Virus record (IMG/VR): IMGVR_UViG_3300024259_002152 | Coordinates: 248,001-312,000 of that record | Direction: 5' to 3' (one strand) | DNA: 64,000 nt | Part shown: one piece after another, positions 18,687 to 28,319 of the stretch | Layout: every line of letters begins with the position of its first letter | How positions within the stretch are numbered: the stretch's first letter is position 1 | Made by a program: the position numbers and the translations under genes | The notes under the pieces: generated by a model | Database searches by the model: none | What the model was told of the DNA's origin: nothing | What the model saw: only the letters and a program-made list of their open reading frames with translations

Positions 18687-18711
18687 ATGATTCAATCTAT
18701 TTGATTTATTT

Positions 18712-18739
18712 AACCTTGTCTTATTGGCAGGGTTTTTTT
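18712..18739 (+). terminator. intrinsic terminator
   Basis: AACCTTGTC-TTATT-GGCAGGGTT + T run. Confidence 0.7.
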
Positions 18740-18753
18740 ACGCCAAAATTATT

Positions 18754-18781
18754 TTGAAAGTGAAAGTCAATAAAGTATAAT
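18754..18781 (+). promoter_or_regulatory. sigma70-type promoter, GTGAAA class
   Basis: TTGAAA-GTGAAAGTCAATAAAG-TATAAT. Confidence 0.75.
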
Positions 18782-18812
18782 GATTACAAAGTAACTTGAT
18801 TGAACATTAGAG

Positions 18813-19364
18813 ATGAATAAAACATACCTAACAGAGCCGCAGAGAAAACTGATAACAGATAATTATCGGTTATTAAGGCATTTTATAGGTCGATCAATTA
18901 AGAACAAAGTTGTTCCGAGATATCTAGAACATGAATTTATTAGTAAAATATTGCTTAAATTCTGTATTTCTGCCTTAAAGTTTGATGAAGAATTAGGATA
19001 TAAATTTTCTACTTATGCTTATAGGGGTTTTCAATTAGGTTTAAAGGATGTTCTATCTTATGAAAATACTAGATTTGGACAAATATGTTATTTAGAAGAT
19101 GTGGAGCAATATGAGATAGAATGTGAGAAAGTTGATGAACTAAGAGATGATTTTTTTTATGATTTTATTGATAATATAGATTTGGGTTCAAGAGATAAAT
19201 CTATTATGGAGGATTATTATTATGAGGGATTGTCATTTTCTAAGATAGGGCAGAAAAAGAATTTAACAGGGGAGGCAGTTCGATTGGTTGTTGATAGGTC
19301 TTTAAATAAAATTAGACATATGGTTCACAAAAGAAGATTAAATATGGAAGATTTTTATAAGTAG
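18813..19364 (+). CDS. RNA polymerase sigma factor (sigma70 family)
   Basis: Region 2 KFDEELGYKFSTYAY; region 4 EGLSFSKIG...LTGEAVR. Confidence 0.88.
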   Translation: MNKTYLTEPQRKLITDNYRLLRHFIGRSIKNKVVPRYLEHEFISKILLKFCISALKFDEELGYKFSTYAYRGFQLGLKDVLSYENTRFGQICYLEDVEQYEIECEKVDELRDDFFYDFIDNIDLGSRDKSIMEDYYYEGLSFSKIGQKKNLTGEAVRLVVDRSLNKIRHMVHKRRLNMEDFYK

Positions 19365-19371
19365 GAATAAT

Positions 19372-19947
19372 ATGATGAAGCAAAGGGTAGTTAAATCGGA
19401 GAAATTAACTAATAATAAATGGATTAATTTATTTAAGGTCCAATATATTAACTCTAAAGAGAAAGTATGTAATTGGGTTTTCGCGTCTCGAAAAAAAGAT
19501 CCTTTCACAGATAAAAAAATAGACGCGGTAGTTCTGGTTGTCACTGTTGATACTCCTAAAGGTCGAATGCTTGTAGTGATAAAAGAATACCGAGCACCTC
19601 TTGCAGATTATGAGTATGGTTTCCCTGCTGGTCTGATAGATCCAGGAATGACAATAGCAGAAACAGTTAAAAAAGAATTAAAGGAAGAAACAGGGCTAGA
19701 TTTAGTTAGGATTATAGGAGAGAGCGGTCCAGTTTATTCTTCTGCTGGATTGTCCGATGAAGCGGTTACTATGGTATTTGTTGAAGCAGAAGGAGAAATG
19801 AATACAGATCATCAAGAAGATACTGAAGATATAGAAGTATTCCTTTATGATATAAATGATATTAGTGATTTACTAACATCTGATAAAAAAATAGGAGCCA
19901 AAGCTTGGGGAGTTTTATACTATTACTCTCAGATTGGGAAAATATAA
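19372..19947 (+). CDS. NUDIX hydrolase (ADP-ribose pyrophosphatase-like)
   Basis: FPAGLIDPG...KELKEETGL, YSSAGLSDE, EDIEV. Confidence 0.88.
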   Translation: MMKQRVVKSEKLTNNKWINLFKVQYINSKEKVCNWVFASRKKDPFTDKKIDAVVLVVTVDTPKGRMLVVIKEYRAPLADYEYGFPAGLIDPGMTIAETVKKELKEETGLDLVRIIGESGPVYSSAGLSDEAVTMVFVEAEGEMNTDHQEDTEDIEVFLYDINDISDLLTSDKKIGAKAWGVLYYYSQIGKI

Positions 19948-19952
19948 ATATT

Positions 19953-20621
19953 ATGGTTGAAGGGCAAGAATCAAGTGAAACTAAATTTACTTTTGAAGAG
20001 GTAAGGAGTCATTTATACAAGCAAGCTATTAAAGTGCATAAACGATTTTACGGAAGATATGAAATTAATGAGTTGGTTAATGAGGTGTGGGTCAAAGGAA
20101 GTATTCAAGAATTAGAAAATATAAAATATGTTTCTGCGAGAGCATATTATGATATGATTGATTATATTAGAGTGATAGAAGGTAAATGTATGACATATAA
20201 AGGTATGTCATATCGTGCTCCGAGGGCAAAAAATAATATGCATTCTAGCACAATAGATATTGGCACGCAGCAGCTTGATATTTTCTATGGATATGGAAGT
20301 CATGATCGTGATTTTTTTGATCGTCAAGAAGATACTAAGAGAAGCTATATTGATTATGTTGATGATAAAGACGAAGTAGAATATATATTATCTCATCTTT
20401 CTGAACAGCATTTAGATTTTATAAAAAAGCATTTCTTCGAAGGGTTAACTTTAAAAGAAATTGCTAAACAATTTCAAATAGCAAAACGAACAGCATGGGG
20501 TAGGCGTCATAAAATTTTAAAGAATATAAGAATGGAGCGTATGTCAATATTTCTAAGAGCAAAATATTTAAGAGAATATAGAAAAAGAAAGAGAGATTCA
20601 AATGCCTACCTATCAATATAA
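19953..20621 (+). CDS. divergent sigma factor-like protein
   Basis: RAYYDMIDYIR (region 2-like); FEGLTLKEIA HTH (region 4). Confidence 0.72.
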   Translation: MVEGQESSETKFTFEEVRSHLYKQAIKVHKRFYGRYEINELVNEVWVKGSIQELENIKYVSARAYYDMIDYIRVIEGKCMTYKGMSYRAPRAKNNMHSSTIDIGTQQLDIFYGYGSHDRDFFDRQEDTKRSYIDYVDDKDEVEYILSHLSEQHLDFIKKHFFEGLTLKEIAKQFQIAKRTAWGRRHKILKNIRMERMSIFLRAKYLREYRKRKRDSNAYLSI

Positions 20622-20868
20622 ATGCTCAGCTTGTGATTATGAGTTTGAACTTATGCAAAGCATAATAGATTCTGCTAAAAAGAAGTGTCCAACGTGTGGC
20701 AAAATGAAACTTAAAAGATTAATAGGTGCGGGTTCAGCAGTTATTTTTAAAGGTTCAGGTTTTCATTGCAATGATTATAAATCTGACAATTATAAACAAA
20801 GCGTTGAAAAGAAACCTGTTTTTAGCAATAAAACAATTAAAAAAGGTCCTGCCAAAACACAAATCTAA
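20602..20868 (+). CDS. FmdB-family zinc-ribbon protein
   Basis: MPTYQYKCSAC..FE..QSI, CPTCG, FKGSGF..NDY. Confidence 0.9.
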   Translation: MPTYQYKCSACDYEFELMQSIIDSAKKKCPTCGKMKLKRLIGAGSAVIFKGSGFHCNDYKSDNYKQSVEKKPVFSNKTIKKGPAKTQI

Positions 20869-20961
20869 TGATAAAAGTGACTTATGTTATGTTGTTATTG
20901 TGATTTTCCCATCATTGTAAGTCTTGTATTCTCAAGCAATTAAAAATCTTTATATTTTCAC

Positions 20962-20989
20962 TTGAAAGTGAAAGTGCTAATTATATAAT
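20962..20989 (+). promoter_or_regulatory. sigma70-type promoter, GTGAAA class
   Basis: TTGAAA-GTGAAAGTGCTAATTA-TATAAT. Confidence 0.75.
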
Positions 20990-21043
20990 TGTAGTCAGTT
21001 GTTAGAGTTTCAATTTATTACTTTTTTTATGGAGATCCGAAAG

Positions 21044-21718
21044 ATGAAGAACTGGAAGAAAATTACACTAGCGGTTATTGTTGCTGTGGCATTTATGTTT
21101 GCCTCAGTCGGAGAGTTGGCGGCCAGGGGGGGTAGAAGTGGTGGTGGAGGGGGTTTCAGAAGTAGTGGTAGGTCAAGATCTACAACAAGGTCAACAAGAT
21201 CAACAAGATCAACACGAAAAGCACCATCGAAAAAGTCGGCCAGTAAGGCCAGAACAAAAGCTGCTCCAAAAAGGACAGCAGCACAACAAAAATCTTATGA
21301 AGCAGCTAAGAAGAATGGCACAGCTTTTAAAAGTAAAGCAGACGCCACTAAGGCATTCAAAACAAAGAATGCAAAACAATATACTTCTAAGTATGCTGCT
21401 AAGCCTGCAACACGACCTTCTCATATCCCTCAGACAACATCGGTAAATGGTAAAAATGTTAATGTAACATATAATGTTTCACATGGAGGGTATGGATATA
21501 TGAATCCTATGGGTACATGGATGATGTATGATGCTATGACTGATGCTATTATGCTATCTGCCCTTATGAGTCGCAACAACTATCATTATGATACTATTGC
21601 TCCAGTAGGTCATAATGGAGTTCATCATCGCACTTCTGCTTTTACCTACCTTGGATTGGCACTCGTTGCTGTGGTTGTTATTCTTATCTTTGTTGCAATT
21701 TTCAAACGTGGAGTATGA
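21044..21718 (+). CDS. exported/membrane protein with Gly/Arg/Ser-rich basic region
   Basis: Signal peptide, RGGRSGGGGG and STR repeats (9-bp TCAACAAGA units), C-terminal TM helix. Confidence 0.75.
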   Translation: MKNWKKITLAVIVAVAFMFASVGELAARGGRSGGGGGFRSSGRSRSTTRSTRSTRSTRKAPSKKSASKARTKAAPKRTAAQQKSYEAAKKNGTAFKSKADATKAFKTKNAKQYTSKYAAKPATRPSHIPQTTSVNGKNVNVTYNVSHGGYGYMNPMGTWMMYDAMTDAIMLSALMSRNNYHYDTIAPVGHNGVHHRTSAFTYLGLALVAVVVILIFVAIFKRGV

Positions 21719-21721
21719 TTA

Positions 21722-22435
21722 ATGAGAACCACAGATAAAACTACATTAGCTTATTGGGAACAAATTCAGAGAGGAGATTTAATTCAACTCTCTGACGAAC
21801 AGACTATTGCTGATCTGATGGAAGATGGTTGTCAAAATATAGAGCATGGTGCAGATTTTGAGGTAACAAGAATACGGAAGATATCTGCTCAACAAGGTTC
21901 TGCTCGTTGGCTTATATTTGATATATCTCTTTCTAGTTTTCAGTGGGTTGTAGTTGTAAAATCTGTAGGTGTGGGTCTTGATGTCAAAGTTTGTTATACT
22001 CCTGATGATTTTAATGATGGTAGTCGTCAGGATATGATGGATAACGATTGTCTCTGGCTTTTTGAAAATCGTGACAATATCGATAGTTCTACACTCTCCG
22101 AACTTACTTTTGCTTCTTGTATTGAAGAAGGAGAAGATACCATTTATAGTACAAATGGGTCAGAGTTTGGAGAGTGTAGAGAATATGATGAAAAGTCATT
22201 TGCTACCATTACTGAATATCTTACAGAATCTGATGTAGAAAATCCTGAGTTGATAATTCTTGAGTTTAATAATATTGAAGAATGGTCTAATTCAGAAGAA
22301 CAAGAAGATGAAGATGATTTTGAAGAGATATCGGTAGAACATTCATCTGGTGTCACGATAGACGAAGAAAATAGTTTTATTACTTTTCTTCAGGGGTGTA
22401 GAGTGGATCTGAATGATATCAAATTGTTAAAGTAA
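21722..22435 (+). CDS. hypothetical acidic protein (possibly DUF4178/YjfK-like)
   Basis: Acidic beta-rich sequence; position in yjfI/pspA cluster. Confidence 0.55.
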   Translation: MRTTDKTTLAYWEQIQRGDLIQLSDEQTIADLMEDGCQNIEHGADFEVTRIRKISAQQGSARWLIFDISLSSFQWVVVVKSVGVGLDVKVCYTPDDFNDGSRQDMMDNDCLWLFENRDNIDSSTLSELTFASCIEEGEDTIYSTNGSEFGECREYDEKSFATITEYLTESDVENPELIILEFNNIEEWSNSEEQEDEDDFEEISVEHSSGVTIDEENSFITFLQGCRVDLNDIKLLK

Positions 22436-22482
22436 AGTGTTTTAGGATAATATTAAAAATTAATAGTTTTAGGAGTAATGTT

Positions 22483-22935
22483 GTGAATGATATTAAAAGT
22501 ATAGTAGATGTAGAGCGTATTCTTGCAGAACAGGGATATAAGGTTCAAATGAATGAAAACAGTGTTACTATTTCTGTGGGAAGTGATGCTGCTCCTTTTC
22601 CATGTCTTATTCTGATGGATGAGACTGACCTAACTGTTGTTTGTGAGGTTATGACATATGGGCAATTGATGGAGAGAATTGCTCCTGATATGAGAGAAGA
22701 TTTTTACATGACTCTCTTGGACATGAACTCTCAGACTAAGCCATACTCTTTTTCTATTCTGAGTGATATAGATGGGGAGGGAGATGAGAGAGATCAATGG
22801 CCGCTCGTGTTGATTAATAGCATTCCCGTTGGGGATATTTCTCAAGACGAATTACTTGCGGCTATGAGAGGTTTGAGTGCGGCTTTGCTAACAGCGAAGA
22901 ATATATTCGATGTAAGCCTTGTCGAATCTTTATGA
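22483..22935 (+). CDS. YjfI (DUF2170)-like protein
   Basis: LLDMN...PYSFSI segment, size, adjacency to pspA. Confidence 0.55.
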   Translation: MNDIKSIVDVERILAEQGYKVQMNENSVTISVGSDAAPFPCLILMDETDLTVVCEVMTYGQLMERIAPDMREDFYMTLLDMNSQTKPYSFSILSDIDGEGDERDQWPLVLINSIPVGDISQDELLAAMRGLSAALLTAKNIFDVSLVESL

Positions 22936-23011
22936 GATAGAGAAGATAATAAGTTAGTATTTAACTATTGTCTCAATTGCTAAACAATAATAAATTTTAA
23001 GTTAGGAGTAT

Positions 23012-23689
23012 ATGATTATGGCAAGTTTTTGGAAGATGTTCAAAAATAGTGTTAGAGAGAAGAAGGATAAAGCTGCTGAAAAAATGGCAGATCCGATTCG
23101 GGATGGCAAATTTGCTATCGAAGATTCTAAAGGAAAATTGGCAGATATACAAGGTAAGATTGCTACATATTCTGCACAGATCAAGAAGAATCAACGTGAT
23201 TATGATGCCGAGGTGGCAGAGGTTAGGAAATGGGGGAATCTTGCTAAAAAAGCAGCAGAAGCGAGTAATGAAGAAGACGTGCGTAAATGCATTACTCTTA
23301 AAACTCAGGCTCAGCAACGTGCCGATAATCTTAAGAAAATGATCACTCAAGATGAAGGCATGCTTAACAGTATGAAGAGTCAGTGGCAGACAAAGAACAA
23401 TCAAGTTAGTCAGGCTGAAAGTAATCATTCTCAGCTAGCAGTTCGCAAACAAATGGCCGAAGCGAGAAAAGAATTTGCCAAATCTTCTCAAGGTCTCGAC
23501 TCGGACAGTTGTTTTTCAGAATTGGACAAGCTTCAACAGTCGGTAGAAGCTGATGAGTGCGAGGCAGAGGCATATGAAGAAATGGCACCTACGAATGACC
23601 TCGAAGATATGTCAAGTAAGTATGGAGCTTCAGGCGATTCGGCTGTGGATGATGAAGTAGCCAAAATGATGGCTAATGCTAAAAAGTAG
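23012..23689 (+). CDS. pspA: PspA/IM30 family protein
   Basis: N-terminal amphipathic helix, ADP, long coiled coil, W..LAKKA....NE. Confidence 0.88.
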   Translation: MIMASFWKMFKNSVREKKDKAAEKMADPIRDGKFAIEDSKGKLADIQGKIATYSAQIKKNQRDYDAEVAEVRKWGNLAKKAAEASNEEDVRKCITLKTQAQQRADNLKKMITQDEGMLNSMKSQWQTKNNQVSQAESNHSQLAVRKQMAEARKEFAKSSQGLDSDSCFSELDKLQQSVEADECEAEAYEEMAPTNDLEDMSSKYGASGDSAVDDEVAKMMANAKK

Positions 23690-23714
23690 TTAATAAACTT
23701 TTAGCTATGATTGG

Positions 23715-23770
23715 AACTTCCTATGATGTATTGTGGATTGTTGTTCACCTACTCATAGGAAGTTTTTCTT
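23715..23770 (+). terminator. long hairpin / terminator between pspA and channel gene
   Basis: AACTTCCTATGA (23715-26) / TCATAGGAAGTT (23753-64) + T run. Confidence 0.55.
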
Positions 23771-23781
23771 TAAAGAGGATA

Positions 23782-24867
23782 ATGATGAAAAATATATTAA
23801 TATTTTTAGTTTTGCTTATGATCTGCAAATTCTCTTACTCGGAGAGCATATATAAAACCACTCAAATTTATGTCTCTGATATGAAGCCCTGTGTTATTGT
23901 CGAGGAGTCAGAAGATAGTCATATTCCTGTTTCTATTTCTGGTTTTGAAATAGATTTAGGAAATGAAGTTGCAAAAGACCTCATAGCACAAGACATAATT
24001 AAAGATTGGGAATTTGTTCCTATATCATGGCATAAACTAGAAGAGAATATAAAAAACGGCAATGCAGATATGGCTTGTGCTGGATTTACGATACGTTCTA
24101 AAAGAATGGACTGGGCAGATTTCTCTGTGCCTACTATGAATTCTGGTTTAGGAATAATGGTATTAAAAAATCCAGAAAAGAATTCTATATTATGTAAATT
24201 AAAAGTTCTCTATGAAGCCCTTATAATGCCCATAACCTTATTCGGATTGTTTTTGCTAGCTTTTTCTCATTTTATATGGTTGGCAGAAAAGAAAAATCCT
24301 GGGATTAATGACCACTATTTTCCAGGGATTTTTGAGTCAATATATTTTTGTATAGTTACATGTTCTACAGTTGGTTATGGAGATTATACTCCTAAAAGAT
24401 GGACAACCAAAATAGTAACAATAGCACTTATATTTTGTGGTATTATTGCTTTTTGTAATTTCACAGCTTTACTTTCTGCCGATTATACTACTGAGAAAAT
24501 TACAGGAGATATTAGATCTCCAGAGGATCTAAAAGGTAAGATTGTCCTAACTCAAAAAGGGACAACAAGTGATGATTATGCAAAAGGGTTAGGGGCTTCT
24601 AAAGTTAAGAAAGTTGATAATATAGATACCGCTTGCGACTATTTATTGCTTGGAAGAGGGGATGCTGTAGTATTTGATCATCCAGTTCTACTTAATTATG
24701 TAAAAGAGAATCCCGATAAGGTTGAATTAGTAGATGGTATTTTCGATGAACAATATTATGGGTTTGTGTTTCCTAAAGGAAGTCCTTTGAAAAGAGCAGT
24801 TGATAAATCCATCCTTAAATTATATGAAGATGGGACTTATAAACGACTTTATCAAAAGTGGTTCTAA
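23782..24867 (+). CDS. GluR0-like ligand-gated K+ channel
   Basis: Signal peptide; SGFEIDL and TIRSKR..WADFS.P (S1); TM-pore TVGYGD-TM; S2 with YGFVFPKGSPL; AGAGGA RBS. Confidence 0.9.
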   Translation: MMKNILIFLVLLMICKFSYSESIYKTTQIYVSDMKPCVIVEESEDSHIPVSISGFEIDLGNEVAKDLIAQDIIKDWEFVPISWHKLEENIKNGNADMACAGFTIRSKRMDWADFSVPTMNSGLGIMVLKNPEKNSILCKLKVLYEALIMPITLFGLFLLAFSHFIWLAEKKNPGINDHYFPGIFESIYFCIVTCSTVGYGDYTPKRWTTKIVTIALIFCGIIAFCNFTALLSADYTTEKITGDIRSPEDLKGKIVLTQKGTTSDDYAKGLGASKVKKVDNIDTACDYLLLGRGDAVVFDHPVLLNYVKENPDKVELVDGIFDEQYYGFVFPKGSPLKRAVDKSILKLYEDGTYKRLYQKWF

Positions 24868-24874
24868 AAAGCAT

Positions 24875-24902
24875 TTGAAAGTGAAAGTATTTGCCCTATA
24901 AT
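24875..24902 (+). promoter_or_regulatory. sigma70-type promoter, GTGAAA class
   Basis: TTGAAA-GTGAAAGTATTTGCCC-TATAAT. Confidence 0.75.
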
Positions 24903-24952
24903 GTATAATTAGGTGTCGTAGTTGGCTCCTATGTATATATTATAGGGTATTT

Positions 24953-25378
24953 ATGTCCTTCCAAAGCGAAATTAGAGAGATTATGAAACCATATTCATCT
25001 TATATCGGGACAATGGATTCAACACAAAGTGAATCAATAATAAATATTATTAATAATCATGACTGGGGAGTCTGCAAATCCACCAAAGAAAAAGTCCAGG
25101 GAGAAATAACAAAAGAACAAAGAAAAATGATAAAAGAAGAAATCAAAGTTTGGATGGACGATTATCTAAAAACGTCTATTAAAAAAGAAGCTGGACAACT
25201 TCTTAAAGATATAGAGAAATTGAAAGAAGAAAAAACGAGATTAGGAAAAGCTATATCTTCACTCAAACAAGAAATGAGAAAAACGAAAAAAGAAATTCAG
25301 GCAGAAGTCGCTTCTATGGAAGAGACATTAGAAGGTTATGCTAATCAGATTTTAAGATTCAATATGTTAGATCTATGA
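24953..25378 (+). CDS. coiled-coil protein with C-terminal RFNMLDL tag
   Basis: Heptad-rich; ends LRFNMLDL. Confidence 0.78.
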   Translation: MSFQSEIREIMKPYSSYIGTMDSTQSESIINIINNHDWGVCKSTKEKVQGEITKEQRKMIKEEIKVWMDDYLKTSIKKEAGQLLKDIEKLKEEKTRLGKAISSLKQEMRKTKKEIQAEVASMEETLEGYANQILRFNMLDL

Positions 25379-25920
25379 ATATAAATTTATGCAGACAATG
25401 TAATAGAATATTTTATGACAATTGTGATTATCATGGTTTTTGTTCTGTTGTGTGCTGCGTAGATTTTTCTATTGAACATGGAACAACTTTCGATGAAGCT
25501 AAACATCTTAGAGACGATAATGAGGAATTAGAAAAATTAAAATATGAGAATTGGGATTATGAATCTGATTATTATTCTGGGATGGAAAAGATTAGTGATT
25601 TAGAAGATAAGTTAGAGGAAGCTAATAGAAGGATGTCCGACCTTAACAATGAAATAACTGAGCTAAAAGGTCTGAAATGGACAGAAATAAAAAGAGAAAG
25701 AAGAAGAGAGGCAGCTCATAACGAAATAGTTATTAATAATATGGAGACAATTAAACGGCACAGTAAAGAACTAGAAGACAAAAATAATACATTGGAAAAA
25801 GAAAATCTTCTCATTCTTCACCAAAATTTAGATTTACTCAATACTATTAAAGATATGAGAAGCTATTCTGATCGTTTTCAACTAATAGAGTTTGACATAG
25901 AGCCAAATTACGATGAATAA
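25375..25920 (+). CDS. Zn-finger + coiled-coil protein
   Basis: CRQC...FCS..C; near-terminal SDRFQLIEF. Confidence 0.75.
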   Translation: MNINLCRQCNRIFYDNCDYHGFCSVVCCVDFSIEHGTTFDEAKHLRDDNEELEKLKYENWDYESDYYSGMEKISDLEDKLEEANRRMSDLNNEITELKGLKWTEIKRERRREAAHNEIVINNMETIKRHSKELEDKNNTLEKENLLILHQNLDLLNTIKDMRSYSDRFQLIEFDIEPNYDE

Positions 25921-25984
25921 AATTATTTCTCTTTAAAAGTGATTACAAAAGTGGTAGAAGAGATATTGAAAGATTAGGTAGAAT

Positions 25985-26794
25985 ATGATTTATATTAGAA
26001 AAAATGGTATATTTTATGAGAATGGTTATAACCCAGATGCCGAAGAATATATTATGACAAGGGTTGAGAGTATTGTTCCTTATCTAAATGAGACTATTCA
26101 TATTGATAGGGAAATTACTTTGGAAGATTTGTTTGATATAGTAGAGGAAGATGAGGAGATAATCAATATAATCTTTGGGTCCCATCTTGGGCATCATCCA
26201 TTGCGTCCATTTTTTGACGAAATCAAAAGAGATTGCATGATGGAAAGTCAAGAGGACTTAGATCTTATTGAATTCTCCTGGTTGGTGGAGCAGTTTGATT
26301 ATAAAAAATTCTATGAGAAGTACAAAGATAAAAGAGAACAAACGGAAGATATTTTTGGAGCTTTAAAAAAACCTGATGGTGATGAACTGAATGAAATAAG
26401 CATTTATGTAGATATTCATGGTTGGGGACCAGTTGAGTCAAAAGAAGATGAAGAATATGTAGCAAAAGATGAACCTATGGACTACACAACGTATGGAATT
26501 GAATTTACTCCCTTATACAGAATGAAGCATTTACCCATTCGACTTAATAAAGAATTTCTCATTAGGAATGATAAATATAATGATGAGAGGGAAATTATTG
26601 TTCAAGGAGTAAAGGAATTTACAGTTTTTGAGGTTTTCGGAACTCTTTTTTCCGAGATTACTTTTTTGGGATTACCAGAGGAACGAGATGAACAATGGAA
26701 AAGTGTGACGGATAGTGTAGAAGAGTATAAGGAGAAGATGGATGAAGAAGATGATGACGACGACGAAGAGAAAGAAGAAGAACAACTACAATAA
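25985..26794 (+). CDS. hypothetical acidic protein
   Basis: Long ORF with poly-D/E tail. Confidence 0.75.
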   Translation: MIYIRKNGIFYENGYNPDAEEYIMTRVESIVPYLNETIHIDREITLEDLFDIVEEDEEIINIIFGSHLGHHPLRPFFDEIKRDCMMESQEDLDLIEFSWLVEQFDYKKFYEKYKDKREQTEDIFGALKKPDGDELNEISIYVDIHGWGPVESKEDEEYVAKDEPMDYTTYGIEFTPLYRMKHLPIRLNKEFLIRNDKYNDEREIIVQGVKEFTVFEVFGTLFSEITFLGLPEERDEQWKSVTDSVEEYKEKMDEEDDDDDEEKEEEQLQ

Positions 26795-26824
26795 ATATCA
26801 TTTTTTAGGTATCGGAAGCAAATA

Positions 26825-27415
26825 ATGCAAAAGCTAGATTTTGTGAAAGAAATCCTTTTTGACGAAGAAACTGTTACGAAACGTATAAATGAAATTCGTG
26901 GTGAAATTTTATCTTATTACAAAGAAATAAAAAAACCTATATATGTTTTTTCTGTTTTGAAAGGTGGTAGATATTTCTCAAATCTTTTATTTCCCTCAGG
27001 TTTACCACAGAATAGAAGATGGATAATGCGTTATATTTCCGCGAGCAGTTATCGTAATAATGAGAAATTACCTAACAATGAAATAAAAATAGATCTGATG
27101 GGCGTTGGAATTAAGTGTTTATGGGGTGCCCATGCGTTAATTATCGATGATATATATGATACAGGTAATACTCTTAATGAGATTATTGCTCAATTTTGGA
27201 GGAATGGAGCAACTGTCAATAGTGTGGTGTTAATCAAAAGGACAGGACATCATAAGTTTGTTATTCCAATGTTATCATATGGTTTTGAAGTAACAAGTAA
27301 AGATTATTTAGTTGGTTGCGGTTTGGACTATAATGGTGGTTATCGCCAGATACCCTACATAGCCAGTATTAAGGAGATAAAAGATGCCGATAGAATTCCC
27401 AATAACAGTCAATAA
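26825..27415 (+). CDS. hpt: hypoxanthine-guanine phosphoribosyltransferase
   Basis: VLKGG, ASSY, LIIDDIYDTGNT, VGCGLDY...YR. Confidence 0.9.
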   Translation: MQKLDFVKEILFDEETVTKRINEIRGEILSYYKEIKKPIYVFSVLKGGRYFSNLLFPSGLPQNRRWIMRYISASSYRNNEKLPNNEIKIDLMGVGIKCLWGAHALIIDDIYDTGNTLNEIIAQFWRNGATVNSVVLIKRTGHHKFVIPMLSYGFEVTSKDYLVGCGLDYNGGYRQIPYIASIKEIKDADRIPNNSQ

Positions 27416-27824
27416 TATAGAATATGGACAATCAAAAACTCCTTTCGATTGTTATGAGTTAGAGCCAGATATGGTAGGCAATTTTGTAAGTATTAGACCT
27501 TGCGCAGAGGAATACGGAGATCAAACTTATCTTGGTTTGTATTTAGGGCAAGCTCACATATCGACGATGACAAGTTATAATAAAGAGAAAGGAGAATTAA
27601 AGATAGAGAGGTCTATGGCTAATCCTGCCATTTATGTTTTTGATTTGAAAAAAGTTATTTTTGGTTGTGAGTCGTGGTGGGGAAAAATAGAATCAGAAGA
27701 GCAATTGAAGGAAATAACAAATGATGATATAAATAATGTTTGGTATGTTAAAGCTCTAAAACAAATGGGAGAAAAGTCAAATGAATCGGAAACAAGAGCA
27801 ACAGATAACAAATCATCTGAATGA
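27384..27824 (+). CDS. hypothetical phage protein
   Basis: TYLGLYLG, NPAIYV, GCESWW. Confidence 0.75.
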   Translation: MPIEFPITVNNIEYGQSKTPFDCYELEPDMVGNFVSIRPCAEEYGDQTYLGLYLGQAHISTMTSYNKEKGELKIERSMANPAIYVFDLKKVIFGCESWWGKIESEEQLKEITNDDINNVWYVKALKQMGEKSNESETRATDNKSSE

Positions 27825-27978
27825 GATTAATAAAAATATAGATGTTGCAGAACAGCATTTACGTGTTGTAGATGGCGCTCCTAAATGTTTGCAAGCTGCG
27901 AGGTTTGAGATTATCTCTGCTATTGGTTTATTAAGAAGGCATAATGACGAAGAAAATAGCAAAAAGAAAACTGTATAA
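27781..27978 (+). CDS. hypothetical protein
   Basis: Short overlapping ORF. Confidence 0.55.
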   Translation: MNRKQEQQITNHLNEINKNIDVAEQHLRVVDGAPKCLQAARFEIISAIGLLRRHNDEENSKKKTV

Positions 27979-28189
27979 TATAGAATTGAAAGATAGGAGA
28001 ATAGATCCAAACAGAGAACTACCTTGGTATTCTCCTATAGAAGCAATGGCTGTAAGCAAAGCATTTGTAGAAGGGTATATAGCATGTCTTCAAAGTCATT
28101 ATCCTTCTCCCGATATTAGAGTGAAAGACTATTATTCGAAAGAAATTATTAAAGAAATAACAGGGCGGGCAGAGGTGAATGTTAGATAA
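27944..28189 (+). CDS. hypothetical protein
   Basis: Short overlapping ORF. Confidence 0.6.
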   Translation: MTKKIAKRKLYNIELKDRRIDPNRELPWYSPIEAMAVSKAFVEGYIACLQSHYPSPDIRVKDYYSKEIIKEITGRAEVNVR

Positions 28190-28190
28190 A

Positions 28191-28313
28191 ATGGATACTT
28201 ATATTTGTCAATTTTGTGGAGAAGAAAGCCCTGAGGCAGAATGGAATAGAGACGAATGTCCAAAATGTGGAAAAACGTATGATTGGATGCTAGCTCAGGA
28301 TATTGAAGAGTAA
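28191..28313 (+). CDS. 40-aa zinc-ribbon microprotein (not in ORF track)
   Basis: MDTYICQFCG...CPKCG; fills gap exactly. Confidence 0.7.
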   Translation: MDTYICQFCGEESPEAEWNRDECPKCGKTYDWMLAQDIEE

Positions 28314-28319
28314 GATAAT

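Noticed and set aside
21078-23588. Alternate-frame and antisense ORFs inside the psp module (and similar shadow ORFs elsewhere)
   Set aside because: Fully nested in better-supported genes, with no motifs or RBS
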